Source: Planctomycetota bacterium (lineage in GTDB: Bacteria; Planctomycetota; SZUA-567; H5-PLA8). Taken from it: a stretch of DNA of 64,000 bases. Where the stretch lies: assembly GCA_038227875.1 (NCBI GenBank), contig JBBRPR010000001.1, positions 224,001 through 288,000 on the forward strand, read 5' to 3'. Below, piece by piece: positions 9,347 to 19,474 of this stretch (the stretch's first letter is position 1; every line of letters starts with the position of its first letter). Under the pieces are notes generated by a model, which was not told the origin of the DNA, searched no databases, and saw only the letters and a list, made by a program, of their open reading frames with translations. The translations under genes and the position numbers were made by a program.

Positions 9347-11263
9347 ATGCCTTCTAAATCGACTCCCAAAGAGGGCGCTCCAGCCGAATTGATCGCTCGT
9401 CGAATTGCTGCTCATCAATCTGTCGCCCGCGTGCTCGCCGAAGCCGAGACGCTGCGCGAGGCCACGCCCAAAATTCTCCATGAAATCGCCGAGGCGCTGG
9501 GCTGGGGCCTGGGCATCCTCTGGCGCGTAGACACCGAAGCGCAGGTGATGGTCTGCGAAGAAGTCTGGACTTCCCCGCCGCTGCATTCGGAAAAGTTCAT
9601 CGCCAAGGTTAAGGAGTCACGCCTTCCCCTGGATGCAGGATTGCCGGGCAAGGTCTGGAATTCCGGTCAGCCCGTCTGGGTCGAAGACTATGCCGATCCC
9701 GACCTTCCGCCGACACCGCAAGCCAGGGAAAAGGCCAGAGGCGCGGTGTGCGTGCCCATCAAGGTCAAAGGCAGGGTCTTTGGTGCGATGGAGTTTCTCG
9801 GCCACGATCAGCAGCGGCCGGATGCCTCGATCGAAGAGATGATGGTGATCATCGGCCATCTGGTCGGGCTATTCATGGAACGGCTTTCCACCGCCGATGC
9901 GCTGCGCGAAAGCGAAGAGCGCTACCGCCTGCTCGCTGCCACTTCCGTCGACGTGCTCATAACCATCGACGAGACTCTGAAGATCCTGTTCGTCAACAAA
10001 GCCGCTGAACGCATTTTCGGTTACTTGCCCACGGAAATGATGGGTCTGCCGCTGACGCTGGTGATTCCGGACTTTGCAAACAGCAAGCGTACGTTTGGCC
10101 CATCCGCCCGCTCCGTCCCCTCAACGTATCTGGAAATGTCTGGCCGCCAGAAAAGCGGTGAGAAGGTTGCCCTCGAGGTGGCTTTCACAGAATACCTGGG
10201 CAAGGGCAAGCGCTACGCCACGGGCATTATCCGCGACATCGGCGAACGCAAGCGCGCCGAAGTCGCGTTACGTGTCAGCGAACAGAAACTGCAGAGCGTC
10301 CTGGCCTCATCGGCCGCCGGCCAGATCATCGCCGAGTCGCCGGTGATGATCAGGCTGCTCGAACGCGTCAAAAAGGCCGCCGCCAGCGACACCCCGATTC
10401 TGATTCAAGGCGAAACCGGCAGCGGCAAGGAGTGCATCGCGCTGATGCTGCATCAGCATTCGGTGCGCGCGGGCCGCGCCTTTGTGGCGCGAAATTGCGC
10501 CGCCATCCCGGCCAACCTCTTTGAATCCGAAATGTTCGGCCACAAGAAGGGCGCCTTCACCGGTGCCGAACGGGAACGCAGCGGCGCGTTTGTTGAAGCC
10601 GATCGCGGCACGCTTTTCCTCGACGAGATCGGCGATCTGGACTACAGCCTCCAGACCAAGCTGCTGCGCGCGATCCAGGAAAAGATCATCCATCCCCTCG
10701 GCAGCGATCGCGAAGTCCAGGTCAATCCTCGCATCGTCTGCGCCACGAACAAAGAGCTGCGGGAATGCGTCAAAGAGAAGCTCTTCCGAGAGGACCTCTT
10801 TTACCGTGTAGCCACGGTGGTGCTGCATGTCCCGCCATTGCGCGAGCGCCGTGAAGATATCATGCCGCTGGCGCGTCATTTCGTCGGCCTCGCCAGCAAG
10901 TGGTCGCGTACGCTTTCAGATCGCGCTGAAGATGTCCTGCTGGCCTATTCCTGGCCGGGCAACGTGCGCGAATTGCGCTCGCTGATGGAACAGGCCGTGA
11001 TCTTCGCCATCGGCAGCGAGATCCAGGCCAACGAGCTCACGTTCCCGATGTCGCAGGGCATGGCCGAGTCCACATCGCAATCTCTGGCCGACGTGGAACG
11101 CCGCTACATTCTGAAAGTGATGCAGAGCACCAACCAGAACAAGAGCGACGCCGCAAAGATCCTGAAACTCGCTCGCAGCACGTTGCTGCTGAAGCTCCGC
11201 TCCTTCGAAGAGCAAGCCACCGCATCTGCACCCAGCGAGCCGGACACAAGCACGTCGATGTAG
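9347..11263 (+). CDS. Sigma-54-dependent activator (GAF-PAS-AAA+-Fis HTH)
   Basis: GETGSGKE, GAFTGA, LFLDEIG, WPGNVREL and C-terminal HTH; N-terminal GAF and PAS. Confidence 0.95.
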   Translation: MPSKSTPKEGAPAELIARRIAAHQSVARVLAEAETLREATPKILHEIAEALGWGLGILWRVDTEAQVMVCEEVWTSPPLHSEKFIAKVKESRLPLDAGLPGKVWNSGQPVWVEDYADPDLPPTPQAREKARGAVCVPIKVKGRVFGAMEFLGHDQQRPDASIEEMMVIIGHLVGLFMERLSTADALRESEERYRLLAATSVDVLITIDETLKILFVNKAAERIFGYLPTEMMGLPLTLVIPDFANSKRTFGPSARSVPSTYLEMSGRQKSGEKVALEVAFTEYLGKGKRYATGIIRDIGERKRAEVALRVSEQKLQSVLASSAAGQIIAESPVMIRLLERVKKAAASDTPILIQGETGSGKECIALMLHQHSVRAGRAFVARNCAAIPANLFESEMFGHKKGAFTGAERERSGAFVEADRGTLFLDEIGDLDYSLQTKLLRAIQEKIIHPLGSDREVQVNPRIVCATNKELRECVKEKLFREDLFYRVATVVLHVPPLRERREDIMPLARHFVGLASKWSRTLSDRAEDVLLAYSWPGNVRELRSLMEQAVIFAIGSEIQANELTFPMSQGMAESTSQSLADVERRYILKVMQSTNQNKSDAAKILKLARSTLLLKLRSFEEQATASAPSEPDTSTSM

Positions 11264-11309
11264 TTGCGCCATGGGTTCTGATCTGCGCGCTGGTACTGCG
11301 GTGCGTTAC

Positions 11310-12035
11310 TCACACTCCCGCCCACTCCGTCGGACTCTGCCCCGTGGTTTTTCTGAACAGCCGCGAAAAATAATACGGGTCCGAAAATCCCACCCGCACG
11401 GCCACTTCCTTCACACTGAATCCTCCGAGCTTCAACAGATGCCGCGCCTGGTCGATGCGCAGGCGCGTCAGGTAGTCCAGTGGCGTGCAACCCGTGGCCT
11501 TGTTGAAAACCTTTCGCAGATGGTCCGACGAGATCGGCAGATCGCCGATCGCCTCGCCGACGTCGAATTCCGGATTGGGCAGATTCTCGGCGATCCTGCT
11601 CTTCAACTGCTCGACCAACGGGTGCGCGGGCTCTTTGTCCTGCCAGCGGTTGAGGTAGAGCATCAAAATGTCGAAGAGATCCTGCGTCACCAGCTTCCAA
11701 TTCGGCTGCTTCAGCACGTACTCGCGGTGGAGAATCTGCGCGACGTTGTAGAACGAACGCTCCGGCGTGTCCTGGAACACCGGCACGCGGCCGTCCCACG
11801 GGTATTCGTTGGTGTGCATGTACATGTTGGTGTAGCCGGACTCCGACCGTTCCTGATGTGGAATGCGCGGCGGCATGCAGATGATCGTCCCGGGCTCAAA
11901 CGGAATCGCCTGCTCACCGATATGCGAAACCCCGCGGCCAAACGTGTAGAGCACAATCTCCCACGTCTCATGCCCATGCGGCGCGAACGAGGGGATCGGG
12001 GCGGGGATGATGCCGATGGAGTAGAATCTGGGCAT
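11310..12035 (-). CDS. AraC-family transcriptional regulator
   Basis: Cupin 'HGHETWEIV'; 'VAVRVGFSDPYYFSRLFRKTTGQSP'. Confidence 0.92.
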   Translation of the reverse strand: MPRFYSIGIIPAPIPSFAPHGHETWEIVLYTFGRGVSHIGEQAIPFEPGTIICMPPRIPHQERSESGYTNMYMHTNEYPWDGRVPVFQDTPERSFYNVAQILHREYVLKQPNWKLVTQDLFDILMLYLNRWQDKEPAHPLVEQLKSRIAENLPNPEFDVGEAIGDLPISSDHLRKVFNKATGCTPLDYLTRLRIDQARHLLKLGGFSVKEVAVRVGFSDPYYFSRLFRKTTGQSPTEWAGV

Positions 12036-12252
12036 GGGCGCGACTCTTGGTTCTTGGGGGCAGATATGCCGCTTTTGCGGTCTTACCGGCTGGCCCAAGA
12101 GCTAACAGCCAAGAGCCGCTTTCCCCACACATTGTTCCTAACGCTAATCTCGGTTTTGTCCATCACAATGCCCACCCCATCCATTTACTCGAACCCCGCC
12201 TCGCGGGTATATACCTTTCACGCTATTCGGCACACGGGAGAGGGATACGACC

Positions 12253-13017
12253 ATGTTGACCATGCAGCATACGCAGGATTTCGACCGTGACGGTTTTGTC
12301 CTGATCGAAAATGTGTTCTCGCCCGATGAAATCAAGATCTTGATCGACAATGTCGAAGCGGGTCAGCGCGTCAAACGCCACGCCGGCAACATGCCCGACA
12401 CCGAAGGCCGCTCCAGCAAACTCTCGCTGTGGATGGATGCCGGCGACGATGTCTTCGGCGCAGTCTCCACCAGCCCCCGCATCGTCAACGCCTGCCGCAT
12501 GCTTCTGCGCGAAGATGTCTATCACTGGCACAGCAAAGTGATGCTAAAGGAACCGCGCGTCGGCGGCGCGTGGGAGTGGCATCAGGACTACGGCTACTGG
12601 TACGGCGACAACGTGCTCTTCCCGCGCATGATCTCCTGCATGATCGCGCTCGACGACGCCACAAAGGCAAACGGCTGCCTGAAAGTCATCGTCGGCTCGC
12701 ACCAGCTGGGCCGCTTCGATCACGGCCAGCGCGGCAACCAGGCCGGCGCCGATCCGGTGCGCGTCCAGGCGGTCGTTGAACGCCTGCCGGTGAAGTATTG
12801 CGAAGCGCCTTCGGGCAGCGCGCTCTTTTTCCACTGCAATACGTTCCACGCCTCCGAAGCGAACACCTCCGACAAGCCGCGCCGCGCGTACATCTGCTGC
12901 TACAACGCGCTCTCCAATGTGCCATTCGGCGGACGCGGACACGGCAAACCCGAAGCGATTCGGGAATCGAGCAACGATGCGATTTTGAAATTCGCGGCGC
13001 AACCTGCGGCGCGTTGA
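12253..13017 (+). CDS. Phytanoyl-CoA dioxygenase (PhyH)-family Fe/2OG dioxygenase
   Basis: 'WEWHQDYGYW', 'ALDDATKANGCL', 'FHCNTFHASEAN...RR'. Confidence 0.92.
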   Translation: MLTMQHTQDFDRDGFVLIENVFSPDEIKILIDNVEAGQRVKRHAGNMPDTEGRSSKLSLWMDAGDDVFGAVSTSPRIVNACRMLLREDVYHWHSKVMLKEPRVGGAWEWHQDYGYWYGDNVLFPRMISCMIALDDATKANGCLKVIVGSHQLGRFDHGQRGNQAGADPVRVQAVVERLPVKYCEAPSGSALFFHCNTFHASEANTSDKPRRAYICCYNALSNVPFGGRGHGKPEAIRESSNDAILKFAAQPAAR

Positions 13018-13057
13018 GTTGGGTTTATTTTTCAATTACACAAAAAGGAGCTGCGGC

Positions 13058-14107
13058 ATGGGCAAGGTTCGGGTCGGATTCGTCGGCGTGGGCGGGATGG
13101 GGCAGATGGCGCATCTGTCGAATTATGCGGTACTGACCGACCAGTGCCAGGTCGTCGCCATGGCTGAGCCGCGCCCGAAGATGGCCAAGCTCGTCGCCGA
13201 ACGCTACGGCATTCCGCAGGTCTACGCGACGCACGAAGAACTGCTGGCGAAGGCCGACGTCGAAGCGATCGTCGCCGCCCAGCCTTACACGCGCCACGCG
13301 ATTCTGATTCCCGACATCTTGAAGAAGAAGATCCCCGTCTTCACCGAAAAGCCCCTCTGCCTGGGCGTCGAAGCCGGTGAAGAGCTGGTGAAGATCGGCG
13401 AGCAGACTGGGACGCTCCACATGGTCGGGTACCACAAGCGCTCCGACCCGGCGATGGAATACGCCAAGAAGGTCATCACCGAGCTGAAGGCCAGCAACGA
13501 GCTGGGCAAGATGCGGCTGGTGCGCGTGACGATGCCGCCCGGCGACTGGATCGGCGGCGCCGACCGTCCGCTCGGCAGCGACGAACCGTATCCGCAGGGC
13601 GCGTGGGAACCCAAGCCCAAGGACATGACCGAGCCGGTCTGCAAACATTACGACGCGTTTGTGAATTACTACATCCACCAGGTCAACGCGATCCGCTTCC
13701 TCGCCGGCGAACCGTACAAGGCGACCTTCGCCGACAAGACGCAGGTGTTGATGGTCGGCGAAACCGACAGCGGCGTCTGCGTGACGCTGGAAATGGCGCC
13801 CTACAGCACGACCACCGACTGGCAGGAAACGATGCTCGTCGCCTTCGAAAAGGGCTTCGTCAAAGTCGAACTCCCCGCGCCGCTGGTGCGCCAGCTCCCC
13901 GGCAAGGTGACGGTGATGCGCGACGACGGCAAGACGCCGCCGACGACCGTCTCACCGACGCTGCCGCTGCGCTCCGCGATGCGCAACCAGGCGATCAACT
14001 TCCTGGCCGCCGTCCGCGGCGAACGCCCCGCTCCGTGCGTCGCCAAGGAAGCGCTGGAAGACCTGAAGGTCGCGCGCCAGTACATCAAGCTCGTGCACGG
14101 AATGTAG
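13058..14107 (+). CDS. Gfo/Idh/MocA-family oxidoreductase
   Basis: 'GFVGVGGMG', 'VFTEKP', 'MVGYHKR'; AAGGAG RBS. Confidence 0.92.
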   Translation: MGKVRVGFVGVGGMGQMAHLSNYAVLTDQCQVVAMAEPRPKMAKLVAERYGIPQVYATHEELLAKADVEAIVAAQPYTRHAILIPDILKKKIPVFTEKPLCLGVEAGEELVKIGEQTGTLHMVGYHKRSDPAMEYAKKVITELKASNELGKMRLVRVTMPPGDWIGGADRPLGSDEPYPQGAWEPKPKDMTEPVCKHYDAFVNYYIHQVNAIRFLAGEPYKATFADKTQVLMVGETDSGVCVTLEMAPYSTTTDWQETMLVAFEKGFVKVELPAPLVRQLPGKVTVMRDDGKTPPTTVSPTLPLRSAMRNQAINFLAAVRGERPAPCVAKEALEDLKVARQYIKLVHGM

Positions 14108-14135
14108 CGCTTCGCGAGGGGTCAGGTGTCAGAAC

Positions 14136-14169
14136 AGAAACGCGCCGCGAATAGCGGCGCGTTTCTTTC
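14136..14169. terminator. Intrinsic terminator between convergent genes, probably bidirectional
   Basis: 13-bp stem AGAAACGCGCCGC / GCGGCGCGTTTCT with a T-rich tail. Confidence 0.7.
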
Positions 14170-14187
14170 ACAGGACGATGTCAGGAC

Positions 14188-14215
14188 AATTCAAAACTAA
14201 AAATTCAAAACTGCT
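14188..14215. repeat. Degenerate heptamer tandem repeat
   Basis: AATTCAA AACTAAA AATTCAA AACTGCT; also AGGGGTC AGGTGTC at 14117-14130. Confidence 0.55.
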
Positions 14216-14227
14216 GTCAGAAGCCGT

Positions 14228-14821
14228 TCAGCCCGCCTTCGGCGCGTCGATCTTCGCCTTCAACTCCGCCAACTGCTTGGAGATCTCCCCCAACTTCGTC
14301 ATTACTTCTGTCTCGCGGCGTTCTTCCGGTGAAGGCGTTTTGCCCATGAAGGCCAGGCCGCCGCCGGGTTCCAATTCGCAGCTTTCGACATCCGCCAATC
14401 GGCGGAAGCCCTGCTTGTGCGCCGCGGCTTCGAGTTCCGTGTGCGTAATCAACTCCTCGCTCATCGCCTTCTCGTTGATCTTTCCGTTTTCCACCAGCAT
14501 CGTCGATTCTCCTTCAACGAGCTGATCGAGCTTGGGGTGTGTGAAGAAAAAGCGCACGGTGCCGTAATTCACCAGCAGCAACGTGGTTGCACCGATCACG
14601 CCGCCGAGCACGGAATTGTCCTCGCCGATGATCGCGTTCTGGACCGTGTTGGAGATGCAGAGCAGCACGACGAGGTCGAAAGAATTCAGCGACGACAGTC
14701 CGCGCTTGCCCGCGATACGCAGGCCGACGATTAAAAAGATGTAGACCAGCACCGGCCGCAGAATTTTTTCCAGGACCGGCAATCCCAACACGTAGATGTG
14801 CTGCCAGGTTTCAGTAAACAT
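14228..14821 (-). CDS. DUF421/YetF-family membrane protein
   Basis: 'LRIAGKRGLSSLNSFDLVVLL', 'GESTMLVENGKI', 'LEPGG'. Confidence 0.88.
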   Translation of the reverse strand: MFTETWQHIYVLGLPVLEKILRPVLVYIFLIVGLRIAGKRGLSSLNSFDLVVLLCISNTVQNAIIGEDNSVLGGVIGATTLLLVNYGTVRFFFTHPKLDQLVEGESTMLVENGKINEKAMSEELITHTELEAAAHKQGFRRLADVESCELEPGGGLAFMGKTPSPEERRETEVMTKLGEISKQLAELKAKIDAPKAG

Positions 14822-14836
14822 GCGTGCTCGAACTCC

Positions 14837-15235
14837 TTATTGATTGCTGCCGTCACCCCAGTCGTCGAACCATTGGATCAGTTCGACGGAATTGCCATCG
14901 GGATCGTTGATATAAAATCGCTCCGCGTTTTTCACGAAGGGCTGCGGCGAGAGTTTGAATCCCAGAGCTTCCAGATGTTTCTGCGCAGCGCGGACGTCCT
15001 TGATGTGCAAGGCGACATGGCGCGCGCCATCCGCATCGGATTTACCTGCGGTTTTGATCAGATGAATGTGCTCGTTGCCCAACCGCAGCCAGCGCACACC
15101 CGGCGCGAACGCCTTCGGCGCGGCGATCGGCTCCAGGCCCAGCACCCCTACGTAAAACGCCAGCGCCCTCTCAAAATCAGTGACTGGAATTCCGACATGA
15201 TGGATGCCGGTGATCTGCACTGGGGAATCGCTCAT
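14837..15235 (-). CDS. VOC/glyoxalase-family protein
   Basis: 'IHHVGIPVTDFERALAFY...LGL', 'HVAL', 'DPDGNSVEL'. Confidence 0.92.
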   Translation of the reverse strand: MSDSPVQITGIHHVGIPVTDFERALAFYVGVLGLEPIAAPKAFAPGVRWLRLGNEHIHLIKTAGKSDADGARHVALHIKDVRAAQKHLEALGFKLSPQPFVKNAERFYINDPDGNSVELIQWFDDWGDGSNQ

Positions 15236-15452
15236 CGATTCGTCCTTTCCTGAAAGAAACTTTCAAACAGTTTGGCGCATGGAAGTCGTTACGCAAACGA
15301 GGAATTGATCTCAACGACGCGGCCTGAAAATGCAGTGCGGTAATCCCTGCCGGGTGTGCTCTCACCAATAGTTGAGGGCAGTGAAGCGTGGCACGAGAGT
15401 TGTTCCACGTGGCACAGGCAGCACTATCTATATCTCATGGGAGGGCAGCACG

Positions 15453-17288
15453 ATGATTATCCAATGGGTCCGTGCACCGTGGATGGGCCTGATGTTCGCC
15501 GCGTGCGGGTTCACCTTTGCCCTGGCCACCAGCAATTCCGGGAATGGTGTTGACGCCCGCGCGACAGCCACGTCGCCTCATCTGGCGGCGACGAATCCAC
15601 GCAAACCGCTTTTCTACACGAACGCATTCCTGACTCCCCAGATTCGCGACCTCGGCGACGCGGCCGTCGGCAGCGTGATCACGCGCTTCATCAACGCGCG
15701 CGGCGGAATTCCGCCCCGTCGCTACACCTCCGACCGAGGTGTAACTCTGCAATCCGGCGCGCCGGAATTCCAGGGCGCGATCGCCTTCGCCGAAGCCGTC
15801 AGCGGGCTTCCCACGGCATTTCAGCCGTCGTTAACGACGGCAGTCGTCCAACTGGACGGCGGCTTGAAAGGCCAGATCGGCGGACCGTTCAATTCCACCA
15901 CGCCGAACACGCCGCTTGATTTTGATGTCACCGTGACCGACAGCCGCAATCTCACCAGTCCGCTGCAGCTGACCGAACGATTCCAGATCACCATGGTCGA
16001 TTCGACGGCTTTCAAGTTTGCGCAGAGCGCCCTGCACGACGGCGTCGCCTTCGCGCAGTACCGCGACAAAATCGAAATGAACGCCGGTCACCCGAAGTAC
16101 ACGTACACGGCCTCCAACATCTCCGTCACCGATCCGACCACAGGCATCGCGACACCGTACGCGTCGCTCTCCGACGACCTCGGACTCTTTCTCGATAAAC
16201 ACAATGGCCGCCTGGTGGGCCGTCCGCTCGTCGCCGGAACGTACAGTATCCTCGTCAACTGCACAGACGCCGCCGGCTCGCAGGCCCTGTCGCGCGACAA
16301 GAGCAGCGTGGGACAAGTCATCACCTTCAATGTCGCCGCCTCCAATCGCATTCATAGCGCGCTCTTTGCGCTGGCGGTCTCCATTAAAGGAAGCGTGACG
16401 ACGTCCGGCGCCGACTCGATCAAGTACTCCGGCCTCGTGGATCTGGAAGGCACCTCGCTGAGCAAGCTGAACAATTCCGCAGTTCAGTTGCAGATTGGCG
16501 ACTATCTCTCTCCTTCGGTCACCATTCAGCATGGCAAAGGTTCGACGCCGAAAGGGCAATCACCCGCGATGTCCGTCAACTTGAGCTCTTCCGGCGCCCT
16601 CACCATTACCATCAGCGGCGAAACGTTTGGCAAGGACGGTACGATCATCACCGCCGCGCAGTTGGTCAACAACCAGAAGATCGAACCAGTGATGCTGAGC
16701 ATCGGTGATGCTTTCTTCGCCAATGAATTGCTGCGCTTCGGCGTCAAGGCGCGCAGCGACAAGTTCCAGATGACGTACAAATTCGGACCGGGCAACCTGG
16801 GCGGCGGATTCCTGATCACGCAGGTCACCGGCAAGGACGACACCAACTCTGGCGTCGATGCCGATAGCTGGCGCGTGCAGTTCGTTACGCTCCCCCACAA
16901 AGATCAGGTCTATGACAAGATTGCGACGGCCACGCTGGGCATCGGTACGGATTTCACTGACACGGTCAACATCGTTCGCGGCTCCACGTCGATCGTCAGC
17001 ACCGACAAGCGCGATCCCACGCAACCGGGTTTGCTGAAGCTGGCGCTGAACACCAAGACGGGCAAGGGCGGATTCCAGACCAGCGCGCTGCCGAAGACCT
17101 CCTCGCAGACCAATACTGCCACCGCGATTCCCGAGGCGCTCAACGCCAACGGCAAGCAGGCACGTTTCCCGATGATCCTGACTTTCAACCAGAACGACGC
17201 GACGCAGAAGGAAGTCTTCGGCGTCGAAGGCGCCCGCGCCATTTTCCCAAAGGGCACGACCTGGACGAACAAGGATCTGTCGAAGTAA
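15453..17288 (+). CDS. Secreted beta-rich protein with putative Ig-like repeats
   Basis: Signal peptide; 'GGIPP.RY', 'AGHPKYTY', 'GLFLD..NGRLVGRP..AGTYSI.V..TD' (He_PIG-like); S/T-rich. Confidence 0.7.
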   Translation: MIIQWVRAPWMGLMFAACGFTFALATSNSGNGVDARATATSPHLAATNPRKPLFYTNAFLTPQIRDLGDAAVGSVITRFINARGGIPPRRYTSDRGVTLQSGAPEFQGAIAFAEAVSGLPTAFQPSLTTAVVQLDGGLKGQIGGPFNSTTPNTPLDFDVTVTDSRNLTSPLQLTERFQITMVDSTAFKFAQSALHDGVAFAQYRDKIEMNAGHPKYTYTASNISVTDPTTGIATPYASLSDDLGLFLDKHNGRLVGRPLVAGTYSILVNCTDAAGSQALSRDKSSVGQVITFNVAASNRIHSALFALAVSIKGSVTTSGADSIKYSGLVDLEGTSLSKLNNSAVQLQIGDYLSPSVTIQHGKGSTPKGQSPAMSVNLSSSGALTITISGETFGKDGTIITAAQLVNNQKIEPVMLSIGDAFFANELLRFGVKARSDKFQMTYKFGPGNLGGGFLITQVTGKDDTNSGVDADSWRVQFVTLPHKDQVYDKIATATLGIGTDFTDTVNIVRGSTSIVSTDKRDPTQPGLLKLALNTKTGKGGFQTSALPKTSSQTNTATAIPEALNANGKQARFPMILTFNQNDATQKEVFGVEGARAIFPKGTTWTNKDLSK

Positions 17289-17313
17289 GTTGACGGCTCA
17301 AAAGAAGTCTGAG

Positions 17314-17352
17314 ACGCGGTCTGATCGATTCGATCAGACCGCGTTGTTGTTT
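17314..17352 (+). terminator. Intrinsic terminator
   Basis: 15-bp inverted repeat ACGCGGTCTGATCGA / TCGATCAGACCGCGT followed by TGTTGTTT. Confidence 0.7.
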
Positions 17353-17429
17353 CACAACGGAACCGTTCGCCGAATTGTCATCCGCATTCGGATCGGGTAC
17401 GCTCGCGCCTCACATTTGCGCGAGATTCT

Positions 17430-18170
17430 ATGCTGATCGTCAAACTCTTCCGCCTCTCGCAACGCACCTTTAGATCCCTGACGGGCAAACGTGAGACGGT
17501 TTCCCAAACCGGAGATGCAGCGGATGCGATGGTCTACGCCCGAACGGGCCTGTTCGCCACGCCGGCCGCGGTGGGCTTGCTCACCGGCGTAATTTCAGCG
17601 GCGATTCACCTGCTGCCCTCAGTCGTGTTCAGTTGGAATTATTCCAACATGCCCGTTCCCATCGCATGCTTTGTTTTTATGTCGCTCGGCACGCTCTGTT
17701 CCGGGCCTTTTCTCCTGACGCTCTCGGCTAAGAATTTCTTCAGCCTCGCGCGCTTCACCTTCCTGCTGGCGCTGGTGGGCATGGTGCCGTTGTTCCTGGT
17801 CTTTCAAATGCGCGTGTATGCTCTCTACCGCATTTTCTATTCGATCAACGTCGTCTTTGGCGTCGGGGCGTCCTGGCTGATCGGCCGGCATCTGGCGCGC
17901 AACTATGGCGCGCTGAGATCGCTCACCCGCTGTGGCCTGCTGGGCGTCGTTGGAAATCTTCCCATGATTGGTTTCGAATGTTACCAGGTGTGGAAATGGG
18001 ACGTTCTCGGCCAGCGCGAACAAATGTCGAAAGACATGCTCGCCTTTTTCGTCATGGCGTTCCTGATCTCGCAGATCGGCGTGGCCACATTGCCGGCGCT
18101 CGCATCGGAGCGCGAATTCCGCGAGCGCGTCAACGCCTCGAACGAAACACTCACTGCTGCGCAGCGGTAA
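17430..18170 (+). CDS. Hypothetical polytopic membrane protein
   Basis: About 6 hydrophobic segments; start uncertain; 20-bp convergent overlap with the next gene. Confidence 0.6.
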   Translation: MLIVKLFRLSQRTFRSLTGKRETVSQTGDAADAMVYARTGLFATPAAVGLLTGVISAAIHLLPSVVFSWNYSNMPVPIACFVFMSLGTLCSGPFLLTLSAKNFFSLARFTFLLALVGMVPLFLVFQMRVYALYRIFYSINVVFGVGASWLIGRHLARNYGALRSLTRCGLLGVVGNLPMIGFECYQVWKWDVLGQREQMSKDMLAFFVMAFLISQIGVATLPALASEREFRERVNASNETLTAAQR

Positions 18171-19416
18171 CCCGCACGGCCGCGCCGGGAATTCCGTCCA
18201 GTGCGCGTGCCAGCTCTTCGCGGAGTCGCTTCGAGTCCGCATTCGCCTTGGGAAAAACCACGAGCGTCCGGCGTACCGTGCCGTCCGCTTTCACATCGAG
18301 GTACGGCGCGACATCCGCGCGCAGCGGTCCGTTCAACGCTTCCTTTAAGGTCAGCGGCTGAGCTTCGCGGGTGAGTAGATTGAATTTCTCGAAGCGTTGC
18401 AGGAACGGCTTGAAGAAAACCAATCCCCGCGTCCCGAAGCGCTTCGATGTCGCGGCTTGAAATGCTTTCATCGCCGATTCGAAATCGAAGCCGCGCAGCG
18501 CCTGAAAATTTTCGCGCTGCACCGCGGTGCTGGGAATGACGTTGAGTACCGTCGGCAGCAGCGCTACATCGCCGTGCGCCAGAGTCGGTTGCAATCGCGC
18601 GAAGACCTCCACCGATGCCGCAAACGCACGGTCCTCATCCGGCGCGTCGATGACGACGTGAAGTTCCTCCACCGCAGCCGCCGGCAGCTGCACGCCGTCC
18701 GTGTTCGAACGCACGCGCAGCTTTGCGCGCTGACAGGCCGCGTCGAAGGCGCGCTGGAATTCCGCATCGCCACCAAGCGAGACGGCCTGGCCAAGGATCA
18801 GTATCGTTTTCCCATCAGGCGCGTGAAAATAACCCTCCGTGCTTTCCGTCGTAAACGCGGGCGGCCGGGTCTCCAGTCGCTGCTTCAACAGGCCGCGTGC
18901 CCGTCGGAGCACATCCAGCGGATCGTGCTGCAAGCGCCGGCGTTCAGCGCTGTCGGCGGGCAGCGCGTCGAGCGTATCCGCCAGCTCGTTCATTTTTGTG
19001 TCGAGCGCTTCGGGTGTGAACAGCGTCTTGAGCCACGCTACATCTGCCGGCGTGATCGCGACGTACGGGCGCTGCTCGATCAGTGTCTTCAGCGCGTGCT
19101 CGACATTCTGGCCTGCGCGGCATTCGATGCTCAGCCACGGCATGTTTTCCGGCAGCGCCGCGCGCGCCGTCGGCGACAGCGCGGCCCGATCCTCGTCCAG
19201 CGTGCCCACTTTCGCGAGTTCCGCCGTCAGTTGCGTGGCCAGCATGGTCGCCGTCGCGGGATTATCCGGAGTCAGTTTGATCGTCGCGACAAAAGGTCGG
19301 TAGGTCAGCTCCGCCGCGTTGGCATTCGACGTTGGGACCGTTTCAACGCGCGGATCCGGACAGCTGCAGCAGCCCGCGAGCAGACACGGCAGAATTAAAA
19401 TCAGCGCGCGTTTCAA
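18151..19416 (-). CDS. Lipoprotein resembling fused MMPL/RND extracytoplasmic domains, no TM bundle
   Basis: TTG start MKRALILILPCLLAG-C lipobox; 'DPLDVL...EGYFHAPDGKTILI' and 'VIPSTAVQREN...FKPFL...PL...YL...LVVFP...VRVT'. Confidence 0.6.
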   Translation of the reverse strand: MKRALILILPCLLAGCCSCPDPRVETVPTSNANAAELTYRPFVATIKLTPDNPATATMLATQLTAELAKVGTLDEDRAALSPTARAALPENMPWLSIECRAGQNVEHALKTLIEQRPYVAITPADVAWLKTLFTPEALDTKMNELADTLDALPADSAERRRLQHDPLDVLRRARGLLKQRLETRPPAFTTESTEGYFHAPDGKTILILGQAVSLGGDAEFQRAFDAACQRAKLRVRSNTDGVQLPAAAVEELHVVIDAPDEDRAFAASVEVFARLQPTLAHGDVALLPTVLNVIPSTAVQRENFQALRGFDFESAMKAFQAATSKRFGTRGLVFFKPFLQRFEKFNLLTREAQPLTLKEALNGPLRADVAPYLDVKADGTVRRTLVVFPKANADSKRLREELARALDGIPGAAVRVTAAQQ

Positions 19417-19474
19417 ATTCGATGAGTTGGAAAGTAAGCGAGGAGTGCTGGAGCACACGGCGGGTTGCTCCGCG

